Position numbers and translations under genes: made by a program. This document shows, in pieces, positions 47,829 through 59,974 of a stretch of DNA of 64,000 nt; positions within the stretch are counted from its first letter, which is position 1, and each line of letters begins with the position of its first letter. Source of the DNA: Squalus acanthias (lineage: Eukaryota); the NCBI GenBank assembly GCA_030390025.1, contig JASTWF010000033.1, positions 3,350,001-3,414,000 on the forward strand, read 5' to 3'. The notes below the pieces were generated by a model. That model saw nothing but the letters and a program-made list of their open reading frames with translations. It was not told the origin of the DNA and ran no database searches.

Positions 47829-49024
47829 TGTAGGCTTCGCAAAATCCCCCAGAAACTCGAACAGAGCCCTAAAGGGAGTGATTTTTGGACTTTTCATACA
47901 ATCTTGGGATGATGGGGCCTAAGTGAAGTTATTTGATTTAAAAACCTAAAGATCAGGGAAGAAAACAACCTGAGGAAACTGACTTTTTGAATCTTACTGT
48001 TGGGAGAGACACCTTTCACAGACACAAGCTTCGAGGGTCGTGGCCGGGCAGTGAACAGATCAAGCTGTCTGGGAATTGTTTACACTGCGAATCCTACCAA
48101 GGTGCAAGAGACAAAGCAAAAACTCACAAACACATTCAAATATGAATTCCCAGGGGCAAAAAAGAGGCTGGAAATCTAAAAACGATTCCTGACAATAAAA
48201 TTTCGATCACACAGTTTCATAGCCATTATCCCATCAAAAAAACCAATCACCAGGTATCCACTGAACAGTTTTAAAAGCCCGCCAACAGACCTAGGACAAT
48301 AGGGTGGAGATTTGGCGCGTAGATAAGGCTGTGTTTAAATAGGAATACGATCAAGCCATGTTTAACACTGAGCAAAAGCCATCGGAACTGGCAAGCCCGC
48401 CAAAACTAGACAATTGGACTAAGCAAGGTTCATTTGCAACCAAAAGGAATCCGTTTCAGGAAGTGTTTTTTGGGCGTGGAAAAGAAACAGTATAACTTGA
48501 AAGCCTGGGCCATAATCTCTCTCTCTTTCGGACTGGCTGACCAGGCGTACACAGCTCTCTCCCTGCTCCAGCAAAACCTACCACAAGCCACGAGGAAGAA
48601 GGCCAGAAAACAGACCAGCACGCAAGAAGAAACCAGAGCGACTGCCTCAGTGACTTTCGGACACTTCGCAGCAACAAGGGCCTTGTGGAGTCTTTTAAAC
48701 AAAAGACTGTAAAAAATCCGTCAAGGATTCGTTGGTGAGCATTATCCCCGATCTCCTGAAAACAAAAACCGAGCTAGATAGTGGGATCTTTAGGAAGGAT
48801 AAGGTTTTGTTTGATATATTGTCATTTCCCTCGCTTGTACCGTGTGCTCCCCATCTGTGTTTTAAGTAATACGTGTGTTTCAAGTTTGTTACCTTTTTCT
48901 TTTAATGAAGTAAAATTCTTTCATCAGAACCTGTCGTTTACTGCAATTGTGTTCATAACCCCTAAATAATTCCAAAGTCCAGGAACCGGAGGGGTGTGGG
49001 AGCGATTACGATACCCCTTACACA
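47829..49024 (+). repeat. 3' LTR (right end degraded), preceded by PPT AAAGTGGGGGA
   Basis: Starts TGTAGGCTTCGCAAAATCCCCCAG; collinear with the 5' LTR. Confidence 0.88.
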
Positions 49025-49190
49025 TGTCACTGTAAATTTTAGTTCAATGTGGGTGGGAGGAAGTGTGTGTGAGTGAGAGAGGGGCAGACAGACAGTCAGT
49101 GAGAGAGAGAGACTTGAAATCAAAAGGCAAGATGCAGAATAGAAAGCCTGTTGCTTTAGGCCGCAAAGTAAAAGAATGAGATACTGAAAT

Positions 49191-49424
49191 TGTAGGCTTC
49201 GCAAAATCCCCCAGAAACTCGAACAGAACCCTAAGTGAAGTGATTTGAAGTAAAAACCTCAGTTTTGGACATTTTTAAAGATCAAGGAAGAAAAACCCCG
49301 AGGAAAATGACTTTTTGAATCTTATTGTGGGGAAAGACAACTTTCACAGACGCAGACAGGCTGCGGAGGGGCGTGGCCAGGCAGTGGACAGCTTTTGGTA
49401 TTGGGGCCCAATCAAGCTGTCTGA
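49191..49424 (+). repeat. Third, truncated LTR of the same family
   Basis: TGTAGGCTTCGCAAAATCCCCCAGAAACTCG...; ends where a CR1 begins. Confidence 0.85.
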
Positions 49425-49426
49425 AC

Positions 49427-51205
49427 AAAGAAATGGCAGATCAATTGAACAAGTACTTTGGTTCGGTGTTTACTGTGGAGGACACAAACAACCTTCCGGA
49501 AATAAAAGAGATCAAAGGATCTGGTAAGAGGGAGGAGCTGAGGGAAATCCTTATCAGTCGGGAAAAGGTGTTGGGGAAATTGATGGGACTGAAGGCTGAT
49601 AAATCCCCAGGGCCTGATGGTCTGCATCCCAGAGTACTGAAGGACGTGGCCTTGGTAATAGTGGATGCATTGACGATCATTTTCCAACATTCCTTAGACT
49701 CTGGATCAATTCCGAAGGAGTGGAGGGTTGCTAATGTAACCCCTCTTTTTAAAAAAGGAGGGAGGGAGAAAGCAGGGAATTATAGACCGGTCAGCCTGAC
49801 ATCGGTGGTGGGTAAAATGATGGAATCAATTATTAAAGATTTCATAACAGACCATTTGGAGAGTGGTGACATGATAGGTCCAAGTCAGCATGTATTTGTG
49901 AAAGGGAAATCATGCTTGACAAATCTTCTGGAATTTTTTGAGGATGTTTCCAACAGGGTGGACGGGGGGGGGGGGGGGGGCGGGGGAACCAGTAGATGTG
50001 GTGTATTTGGACTTTCAGAAGGCCTTCGACAAGGTCCCACACAAGAGATTGGTGTGCAAAGTTGAAGCACATGGGTTTGGGGGTAATGTGTTGACGTGGA
50101 TTGAGAACTGGTTGACACACAGTAAGCAAAGAGTAGGAGTAAATGGGTACTTTTCAGAATGGCAGGCAGTGACCAGCGGGTTACCGCAGGGTTCGGTGCT
50201 GGGGCCCCAGCAGTTTACATTATATATTAATGATTGGACGAAGGGATTAATTGTAATATCTCCAAATTTGCGGTTGACACTAAATTGGGAGGCAGTGTGA
50301 ACAATGAGGAGGATGCTAGGAGGCTACAGAGTGACTTGGACAGGTTGGGTGAATGGGCAAATGTATGGCAGATGAATTACAATGTGGATAAATGTGAGGT
50401 TATCCACTTTCGTGGTAAAAATAGGGAGGCAGACTATTACCTGAATGGTGGCAGATTAGGGAAAGGGGAGGTGCAACGAGACCTAGGCGTCATGGTACAT
50501 CAGTCACTGAAGGTGGGAATGCAAGTGCAGCAGGCAGTCAAGAAAGCAAATGGCGTGATGGCCTTCATAGCAAGGTGATTTTAGTACAGGAGTAGGGAGG
50601 TGATGCTACAGTTGTACAGGGCCTTGGTGAGGCCACACCAGGAGTATTGTGTTCAATTTTGGTCTCCTAACTTGAGGAAGGACATTCTTGCTATTGAGGG
50701 AGTGCAACGAAGGTTCACTAGATTGATTCCTGGGATGGCCAGACTGACATATCAAGAAAGACTGGATCAGCTGAACTTTTATCCTCTGGAGTTCAGAAGA
50801 ATGAGGGGGGATCTTATAGAGACGTTTAAAATCCTGACTGGTTTAGACAAATTAGATGCGGGCAGAATGTTTCCAATGTTAGGGAAAACAAAAACCAGGG
50901 GTCACAATCTAAGGGTAAAGGGGAAGCCATTTAAGACTGAGATGAGGAGGAACTTCTTCACCCAGAGAGTGCTGAATCTGTGAAATTCTCTACCACAGAA
51001 GGTTGTTGAAACCAGTTCGCTAAATATATTCAAAAGGGAGTTAGATATAACACTCACAACTAGGGCGATCAAGGGGTATGGCGAGAAAGCAGGAATGGGG
51101 TACTGAGGTAGCATGTTCAGCCATGAACGCATTGAATGGCGATGCAGGCTCGAAGGACCGAATGGTCTACTCCTGCACCTAGTTTCTATGTTTCTGTTTC
51201 TATGT
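49427..51205 (+). mobile_element. 5'-truncated CR1 LINE
   Basis: KSPGPDGLHP, NYRPVSLTS, DFQKAFDKVPH, GLPQGSVLGP; (TTTCTATG)n tail. Confidence 0.93.
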
Positions 51206-52649
51206 TTATACACAAAAAGAGACCTAGTGGGATTAACAAGGTCAGAAGATGACTGACAAGTAAAGGAGGGACATTTACCAGGTGTCAGAGAGCTAATTAC
51301 TGCCACTTGGGCAAAACGGGAGGAAATTGGGTATAAAAATGTAGATATTGAACACCGAAAGCAGCGTGTGAAATCAAAGGATGAGAAGCTTCAGTCAACA
51401 GAACACAGCAAGAGAATAAAGACATCGCACCACAGTCACTCGGAAAGAACGCCGTGGTTCAATGAACAGATTGCAAATATATTCTTGTTAAGTATTACTT
51501 CTTTGTACTGGATGTTTAATGCTTAATAACCCTGTTTTATTTATACACAATATAGTTGGACCCAGAGTGGTTTGTGGAGTCATGGACAAATTATTATAAA
51601 GAGCTTTTAAAAGCTACAACACTTCAGGAAGGATGTAAAGGTCTTAGAAAGGGAACAGAGCAGGTTTACCAGGATGTTACCAGGGATGCGGGACTTCAGA
51701 TATGAGGATAATTTGGCAAGGTTAGGAATATTATCCGTGGAACAGAGAAGCTAAGATGAGGTCTAATGGAGGTTTTCAGATGATGTGAGGTTTGATAGAG
51801 TAGAAAGAGAAAAAACATTCCCTCTGGGGAGTGGGTCACGAACTAGAGATATTGACTAACTTTACAGACCAGTTAATCACCAGTCAATTTGCCGCATCAA
51901 AGGTCGAGTTTTATGCCAGATGCTAAACTTCTCCCAATAGTTTGCTAGACTTTCACCTCCGCAAAATAATCGTAGAAGGGTTTCTTAGTAAAGCTCCTCA
52001 CATTTCCAATCATTGATGAAACTTCCCGTTTCCGTACTTCGACACTGTGGGTCTTGGTCCCACCAGATCTTCTCTAAGAACCGAGCGACCTCTCTCCAGT
52101 CCCAGTTAGTGTAGTGATGATTCGACTTCTGTCTATCCACCTTCCTGGGATACTGATGAATCAAAGAAACTTTAAAGATAAACATGATTCATCTTAATTA
52201 TAGAATCTGTTACGGGAAAACAATTGGACTATTTTTGTGAATATTAATAGGTTTTATTTTGAAATATTTACAACATGTTTGAATTAATTATTTTAATGTT
52301 AAATGGTTCTTTTGTTTCCCCCTATTTATAGGGACTATACTCACTCACAATACCTGCTGCTAAATCCAGCTCCGCCACAGTAACATTCCACTGATGGTGA
52401 TTAACCAGGGGCGGAAACCTGCCTCCATATGATATCACAAAGGAGAGAGGAGACAATCATACAGCTGCCAGTAGTAATATCACAAAGCAGCCGGAGCTTC
52501 GCCCAGTCGAGGTGTCACAGGGTCACAAGGCCAGTCTCTGCTCCTGGTGCACAGTCTCACTGGGCATGAACACAGGTTGTACAATCAGTCCTGACTCCGA
52601 CCACGCTCAAAGCATCAGAGACAATAAGTGGAGGGATCATCAGTGGTTA

Positions 52650-53085
52650 GAAACAGTACCCGTAAGATATAGGGTAAATTTCACTCAACGCTGTACTATC
52701 AAACACTCACAGGGCAGGTACGGCATGGGTTAGATACAGAGTAAAGCTCCATATACACCGTCCCATCAAACACTCCTAGGGAAGGTACATGACGGGCTAG
52801 ATACAGAGTAAAGCTCCCTCTACACTGTCCTATCATATACTCCCAGGACAGGTACAGCACGGGTTAGATACGGTATTAAGCTTCCTTTCTACTGCTCTGT
52901 CAAATACTACCAGGGCAGGTCCAGCAGGGGGTAAATACAGTGTAAATCTCGCTATATTTTGGTACAGCAAGAACTTTCAACTCAGATACAGCATGTGGTC
53001 AATGCAGCGTAAACCTCCTCTGACACTATCCAATGAAGCAAACTAACTCAGGTACAGCACGGTATGGATACAGGATAAAATTCCA
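52650..53085. repeat. Degenerate 67-bp tandem repeat (~6 copies)
   Basis: AGGGCAGGTACAGCACGGGTTAGATACAGAGTAAAGCTCC... units start at 52711, 52778, 52845, 52912. Confidence 0.85.
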
Positions 53086-53649
53086 CGTGCTTGTAATTTT
53101 CAAGCTCTCCCAGGTGGGGTATGGGCAAGATTCGCTTGTGAGTGAATCCACAGTCACATTGCCGCATCAAAGACCGAGCCTTACGGCAAATGTTGACCAA
53201 CTGCCGATAGCGGGTTCGACTGTCACCTCGGCAAAATCCTGGACTGATCGGATTTTCAGGGAAAGTTCCTCATCATTCCAATCATTGCTGAAGCTTCCTG
53301 TTTTATCCCGTCTTTGACACGGGGGTCATTTTACCACCAGATCTTTTCTGTGAACCCAATTAAATTTCTCCGGTCCCAGTTAATGTGGTGTTGATTCGAC
53401 TTCTCTCTCTGTCCACCTTCCTGAGATAGTGCTGAAACCACGAAAATATAAAAATGATTAATATTAATTCCTTAAACTATATGGAATTGTTTGTGTTAAT
53501 TGTTCGTGTACAAACCGTTGAATAGCGGATGGGGAGTCGGTCTCTTGTCCCACTGACGCTCTCCCTCACTGGTCAGAAGCTGAGTTGGTGAATCTGGTGG
53601 CAGTTGCACAGTTGGCTGGTCCTTTTTTAACGCTATTATATTGGCTGGA

Positions 53650-56600
53650 GAGATGATGCAGTAGGGAGGGCTTTAGATTCCTGAGGCATTGGGACCGTTG
53701 CTGGCGGGGGGGGGACCTCTACAAGCCGGACTGTTAACACATTAACAGAGGCGGGACCAATATCCTCGCTGCGTGGGGGTGGGGGGTTGCTAGTGCTGTT
53801 GGGGAAGGTTTAAACTAGCTTGGCATGGGGGTGGCAACCTGAGAGTTTTTTCAGATTGGCGGGGATCAAAGCTGAAAATGGAGGGCAGAAAATTAGTTAA
53901 CGAGTTTGGAAGGCAGAGGAAACAAGGGCTAGGAAATAGACAACAATGCAGTTTGGCAATGCTAAATGCTATATACTTGAATGCAAGGAGTCTGGGAAAT
54001 AAGGGAGATGAGCTCAGGGCACAGATAAACACGTGGGAGTATGATATTTTGGCTATTACTGAGACATGGCTGAAAGAAGGACTGGCAGCTCAACATTCCT
54101 GTTTACAGGGTCTTCAGGCGAGATAAAGAGGGGTTAAAAAGGAAGGGGTCGCAGTATTGATTAAAGAGACAATTTCAGTTGTGAACACTGATGAATTGTT
54201 CGAAGGATCATCAAATGACGCCATATGGGCTGAACTAAAGAACAAAAAACGGGCAATCACACGGCTGGGAGTGGATTATAGAGCCCCAAACAGTCCGATG
54301 GAGAGAGAGGAGTAATTTGTAGGCAAATTTCTGACAAGTGCAAAAAAAATAGGGCAGTAGTAGTTTCAGATTTCAATTATCCCAATATTAACTGGGATAC
54401 TACCAGTGTAAAAGGTATAGAGGGCACGGAATTCATTTTTGGTCGTGATCATTATTCAGATATGTTTCGCCTAGTAATGGAAAAGGACAAAGAAAAATCA
54501 GGAGTAATGTTTCTAAATTGGGGAAGGCCAATGGTTGAGAAGTGATTTAGCAAAAATGCAGGGGAAACAGTTAATTGAATGTAAATAAGTATCAGAGCAG
54601 TGGGAGGCATTCAAGAGGGAGATACATGGAGTTCAGGGTAAAAATGTTCCCACACAGAAAAAGGGCAGAATTGGCAATTTTAGAGCCGCCTGGATCACAA
54701 GGTGTATACAGTGTAAGATAATGCAAAGAAAGGAAGTCTATATCAGATATCGTGAGCTCAATAATACAGAAAGCCTAGAAGAGTGTAGAAAGTGTAGGGT
54801 TGAAATTTAAGAAGGAAATTAGGGAAGTAAAAAGAGGGCATGAGAAAATACTGGCTAGTAGAATCAAAGAAAATCCAAAGATCTTTTATAATTACATAAA
54901 GAGCAAGAGGATAGCTAACGAAAGAGTCGGGCCTATCAGGGACCAAAATGGCGATCTATGTATGGAGGCGGAGGATGTGGGGAAGCTACTTAATGAAAAC
55001 TTTGCAGCTGTATTCAAGAGGAGGACGCTGCCGATACTGAAGTTAAAGAGGAAGATAGTGAATTATTGGACGGGATAAACACAGTAAGAGAAGAATTATT
55101 AAGGGGTTTAGCATCATTGAAAGTAGATTAATCGCCAGGGCCGGTTGAAATATATCCAAGGCTCTTAAAATAAGCAAGGGAGTGAATTGCGGATGCTCTG
55201 ACCATCATTCGCCAGTCCTCCCTGGCTACAGGAGTGGTGTCAGAGGTTTGGAGAACTGCGAACGTGTACCATTGTTTTTAAAAGAGAGGAAGGGATAAAC
55301 CGAGCAATTACAGGCCAGTTAGTTTAATCTTTGTAAAATTACTGGAATCAATTCTGAGGGACAGTATAAACCTTCATTTAGAAAGACACAGATTAATCAA
55401 GGACAGTCAGTATGGTTTTGTGAAGCGATAGTCATGTCTGACTAAGTTGATTGAATTATTTGAGGAGGTACGAAGAAGGGTAGATGAGGGCAGTGCGGTT
55501 GTGTAGTCTACATGGATTTTAGCAAGGCCTTTGACAAGGTCCCACATAGCAGGCTGATCAATAAAGTTAAAGCCCATGGGATCCAAGGGGGAGTGGCAAA
55601 TTGGATCCAAAGTTGCCTCAGTGGCAGGAAGCAAATGGTAATGTTTTAGGGTTTTTTTGCGACTGGAAGGCTGTTTCCAGTGGGGTTCTACAGGGCTCAC
55701 TACTCGGTCCCTTACTTTTTGTTGCATATATTAATGATTTAGAATTAAATGAGGGGGCATGATAAGAAATGTGCAGATGATACAAAAATTGGCCGTGTGA
55801 TTGACAGTGAGAAGGAAAGCTTTAGACTGCAGGAAGATATCGATGAACTAGTCAATTGGGCAGAAAAGTGGCAAATGGAATTCAATCCGGAAAAGTGTGA
55901 GGTAATGCATTTGGGGAGGAGCAACAAGGCAAGGGAATACACAATTAATGGGAGGATACTGAGAGGTGTAGAGGAACAGAGGGACCTTGGAGTGCATGTC
56001 CACAGATGCTTAAAGGTAGCAGGACAGGTCGACAAAGTAATTAAAAAGGCATACGGAATGCTTTCCTTTATTAGCCGAGGCCTAGAATATAACAGCAAGG
56101 AGGTGATGCTAGAACTGTATACAACACTGGTTAGGCCACAGCTAGAGCACTGCGTGCCGTTCTGGTCACCACATTACTGGAAGGATGTGATTGCACAGGA
56201 GAGGGTGCACAGGAGATTTACGAGGATGTTGCCAGAACTGGAAAATTTTAGCTATGAGGAAAGATTGGATAGGCTGGGGTTGTTTTCCTTGGAACAGAGG
56301 ATGCTGAGGGGAGATTTAATTAAGATGTATAAAATTATGAGGGGCCGAGATAGAGTGGATAGAAAGGACCTATTTCCCTTAGCGGAGAGGTGACGAAGCA
56401 GGCGGCATAGATTTAAAGCAGTTGGTAGTTGGGTTAGAAGTGAGCTGAGGTGAAAAATGTCAACCAGAGGGTGGTGGGTGTCTGGAACTCACTGCCTTAA
56501 GTGTTGTAGAGGCAGAGACCCTCATCACATTGAAAAAGTACTTGGATATGCACATGAAGAGCCGTAACCTACAGGGCTACGGACCTAGCGCTGGAAAGTG

Positions 56601-56680
56601 GGATTAGGCTGGGGAGCTCTTTTCTGACGGACACGATGGACCGAATGGCTTTCTTCTGTGTTGCAGTTTTTCTATGATTC
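53650..56680 (+). mobile_element. Degraded CR1 (esterase end, APE, RT, 3' UTR)
   Basis: YLNARSLGNK..ITETW; ADDTKIG..WQMEFNPEKC..RDLGVHVH; TTCTATGATTC tail. Confidence 0.92.
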
Positions 56681-56732
56681 ATAAGGATCGAGTCATTCGG
56701 AAAACATCACCTGAAATATTCAAAACTAACAC

Positions 56733-56806
56733 AGGCACGGACGGGGAGTGAACCCGCGATTTTCGAAGTTTATAAGACCAACTTCTTACCGCTGGGCCAG
56801 CGCACC
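56733..56806 (-). pseudogene. tRNA-Thr(CGT)-derived pseudogene (anticodon decayed to TAT)
   Basis: GGTGCGCTGGCCCAGCGGTAAG..GGTCTTATAAAC..ATCGCGGGTTCACTCCCCGTCCGTGCCT matches the Thr-CGT body. Confidence 0.75.
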
Positions 56807-57053
56807 GACTACACGCGTACCGCGGACGTGACACTCCAGATGTCACACTCCAGATTTCAAATAATGTCCAATGTTAATTTCGGAATTGACCTTTTCCCAC
56901 GTGGACCCGGGGTTCTGACCGATAGTCCGACCTCCAGATGACTTGATATTTAACGCTTCATTCGAAGAAACGCCGCCGCCGACAGTGCGGCGCCGGGGCG
57001 GAGCCAACAGCCGCCTCTCTTCAATAAGTGACAATGACGGAGCGGGGCAACAG

Positions 57054-57126
57054 GCCCGGCTCGCTCAGTCGGTGCAGCGTTAGATTCTCAATCTCAGGGT
57101 GCTGGATTCCAGCCCCATGTTGCGCT
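57054..57126 (+). pseudogene. tRNA-Lys pseudogene
   Basis: GCCCGGCTCGCTCAGTCGGT..AATCTCAGGGT..AGCCCCATGTTG. Confidence 0.75.
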
Positions 57127-57146
57127 GAGTTTTATTTCGGTTCCAT

Positions 57147-57512
57147 GGCCGAATTCCAGCTCAATTTATTCAACTTTTTTTGTTATTTTAAAAATGTGAT
57201 GTTTTTTTAAAAATTATTTGAAGTTGAAGTGTGATTTTGGGGCCGATCTCTATTCATAGATTTGACAGGTCTTCCTGTCAAATCTATGAATGAAAATGCC
57301 CTGCTAGGATAGGTTCCCAATGGCCCACATGATCCCAGGGAACGCTTTGAACTAACTGCGCCCCTGCGATACACAAGCACTGCGCGCCGTTAGCTGGAGG
57401 AGACCCAGCACCCAAAGTCCTCGTGGGCCCAAAGCACAACGGCAGGCGCGGTAGGCAAGTGCGCGCGTGATGCTCGCACCCGCAGGAAGCCTGAAAGCTT
57501 AAGTTTTGGCCC
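57147..57512. mobile_element. Harbinger-type MITE (left end uncertain)
   Basis: Ends AAGTTTTGGCCC; hairpin and right half homologous to 10451-10711. Confidence 0.65.
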
Positions 57513-57589
57513 ATTTTAACTACTTTAAAACAAAATTTAAATTTTTGAAAAAAATAATTATCCTTGTAACGGGTGCGTACTCACCCGAC

Positions 57590-57930
57590 AACAGCCGAAT
57601 TGCTGGCCCATCGCGGGTGTCGCTTGTGAAAAAGAAGGCCCACAGGAACAAAGTTTGATTATACAGGATTGATTATACGGGCACTTGTCTGCTACCGCTC
57701 GGGGTGGGGAATATCTTTCGGTTGCTGTCGATGTATTCTCACGGTGGGCAGAGGCTTTTCCTGCCCGCATCAAACGGCTGAAACTACCGCGACTATACTT
57801 GTTTATGACGTCTTTAATCGGCGGGAGATCCCTCGAACAGTTGATTGTGACAATGGATCGTCATTTGTGGGGACTGAGGGAAAAGATAACTTGGGGATAC
57901 TCGAGATTGATCAGAATTACACATGTTTTC
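57590..57930 (+). pseudogene. Isolated retroelement integrase core remnant
   Basis: EYLSVAVDVFSRWAEAFP; IPRTVDCDNGSSFVG. Confidence 0.75.
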
Positions 57931-58296
57931 TTTGCTTTTTCATCTTAACGAGAAACTTATTCTAAAGTCTGTCTCATTAGTTGTCCAGTGTCATGCAGAG
58001 AAGCGCCGCATCCCATAATTTATTTAATGTAACAGACACAAAGAGCTATAAACACAGCAAGAGATACAGACAGTGTCGGGAATCACCGTGAAATAGACAG
58101 GAGATATTGACAAGGACAAAGCGCTTTGCTGTCAGAAACATGCCTGAACTGCTGTGGTCAATGAATGGTTTGATGGTTGACTTCCTGATACACCTTGGAA
58201 TTCAGGAGGACTTGTTTCGTGGTTTGTAGAACAAGTTGAACCCGTGGGGCGGAGCAAACAGCCGCCACTCTGCAATAAGTGAAAAAGTTAAAACAG

Positions 58297-58369
58297 GCCC
58301 GGCTCGATCAGTCGGTGGAACGTTAGATACTTATTCTCAGGGTCGTGTATTCGAGCCCCGCGTTAGGCG
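58297..58369 (+). pseudogene. tRNA-Lys(CTT) pseudogene
   Basis: GCCCGGCTCGATCAGTCGGT...TCAGGGTCGTGTATTCGAGCCCCGCGTTAGGCG; upstream spacer shared with the other Lys copies. Confidence 0.8.
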
Positions 58370-58392
58370 AATATTTTTGTCGTTTTCGCCGA

Positions 58393-58477
58393 GTTTGGAT
58401 GACCGGGCGGTGTTAGGTGCTGCGTTCAGGTTTCAATCGTCTATTGCAAGGCGTGGATTCGAATCCCCCTTCTAACA
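58393..58477 (+). pseudogene. tRNA-Leu(CAG) pseudogene
   Basis: GGATGACCGGGCGGT..GCTGCGTTCAGGT..GGCGTGGATTCGAATCCCCCTTCTAACA. Confidence 0.75.
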
Positions 58478-58495
58478 TGCAGATCTTTCCACTTA

Positions 58496-58631
58496 TCCGG
58501 CCAGTTGTATTTTATGGAATTAGCTGCAACTGCTTCTCCGGCCAGTTGTATTTTATGGAATTAGCTGCAACTGCTTCACCGGACAGTTGTATTTTATGGA
58601 ATTAGCTGCAACAGCTTCTCCGGCCAGTTGA
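58496..58631. repeat. 41-bp tandem repeat, ~3.3 copies
   Basis: TCCGGCCAGTTGTATTTTATGGAATTAGCTGCAACTGCTTC. Confidence 0.9.
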
Positions 58632-58664
58632 TTTTTTCCCATCAACCCATTTAACCCACGGATT

Positions 58665-59070
58665 GTTTTGTTAGAGCAGAGAAGGTTAAGGGGAGACCTA
58701 AAAAAGGTATTCAAAATAATGAGGGGTTATGATAGAGAAGGGAGAAAGTGTTTCCTCTGGCGGGTGGATCGACAATCAGAGGTCATAAATTTAAAATAAT
58801 TGCCAAAAGAACTAGAGGGACATTAGGGGAATTCTTTTCACACAGAGGGTTGTTATGATCTGGAACGGATTACCTGAAAGGATGGTGGAATCAGATTCAA
58901 TAGGAACTTTCAAAAGGCAATTGGACATGTCTTTGAAGAGGACTTATCAGTAGGGTTATGGGGAAAATCTGGGGTGTGGGACTGAATTGGGCAGTTCTTT
59001 CAAAAAGCCGGCACAGGCAGGATGGTCCGAATGGCCTCATTCTGTGCTGTAAGATTCTATGATCCTAATA
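58665..59070 (+). mobile_element. CR1 3' end
   Basis: LEQRRLRGDL..; TTCTATGAT tail. Confidence 0.8.
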
Positions 59071-59111
59071 TTCTATAATTATGTGACTCCGGTCTCTTGT
59101 ACATCCCCCAA

Positions 59112-59848
59112 AAACATGGCCGTCTGTAGGTTACACAAACATGGCCGTCTGTAGGTGACACAAAACATCGCCGTCTGTAGGCCACACAAACATGGCCGTC
59201 AACAGGCGACACAGACATGGCCGTCTGTAGGTGTCACAAACATGGCCGTCTGTAGGTGACACAGACATGGCCGTCTGTAGTTGACACAAACATGGCCGTC
59301 TGTAGGTGTCACAGACATGGCCGACTGTAGTTGACAAAAAAATGGCCGTCTGGAGGTGTCACAATCATGGCCGTCTGTAGGTGACACAAACATGGCCGTC
59401 TGTAGGTGTCACAGACATGGCCGACTGTAGTTGACAAAAAATGGCCGTCTGGAGGTGTCACAATCATGGCCGTCTGTAGGTGACACAAACATGGCCGTCT
59501 GTAGGTGACACAAACATGGCCGTCTGTAGGTGACACAAACATGGCCGTCTGTAGGTGACACAAACATGGCCGTCTGTAGGTCACACAAACATGGCCGTCT
59601 GTAGCTGACACAAACATGGCCGTCTGTAGGTGACACAAACATGGCCGTCTGTAGGTGACACAAACATGGCCGTCTGCAGGTGACACAAACATGGCCGTTT
59701 GTAGGTGACACAAACATGGCCGTCAGTAGGTGACACAAACATGACCGTCTGTAGGTGACACAAACATGGCCGTCAGTAGGTGACATATTCATGGCCGTCT
59801 GTAGGTGACACAAACATGGCCGTCTGTAGGTGACACAAACATGACCGC
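59112..59848. repeat. 25-bp minisatellite, ~29-30 copies
   Basis: AAACATGGCCGTCTGTAGGTGACAC head-to-tail. Confidence 0.97.
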
Positions 59849-59974
59849 CCGAAGTTGTCCTTTTCCCTTCGGTGGATGACGCGTTCACCAGGAGTAGTTG
59901 AAGCAAATAATAGAGACACATTTAAGGGGATGTTAGATAAACACATGGTGGAGAAACGAATAGAAGGATACGTT

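Larger units (their letters stand above)
40089..49024 (+). mobile_element. env-bearing LTR retroelement / endogenous retrovirus-like element lacking PR-RT-RNase H
   Basis: LTR-PBS-gag-IN-env-PPT-LTR order. Confidence 0.88.

Noticed and set aside
49963..49986. Poly-G run inside CR1 RT
   Set aside because: Homopolymer expansion or sequencing artefact in a dead element.
59112..59848. CRISPR-like array or Cys/His-rich repeat protein
   Set aside because: Units are head-to-tail with no unique spacers, the context is eukaryotic, and the ORFs are by-products of the repeat.
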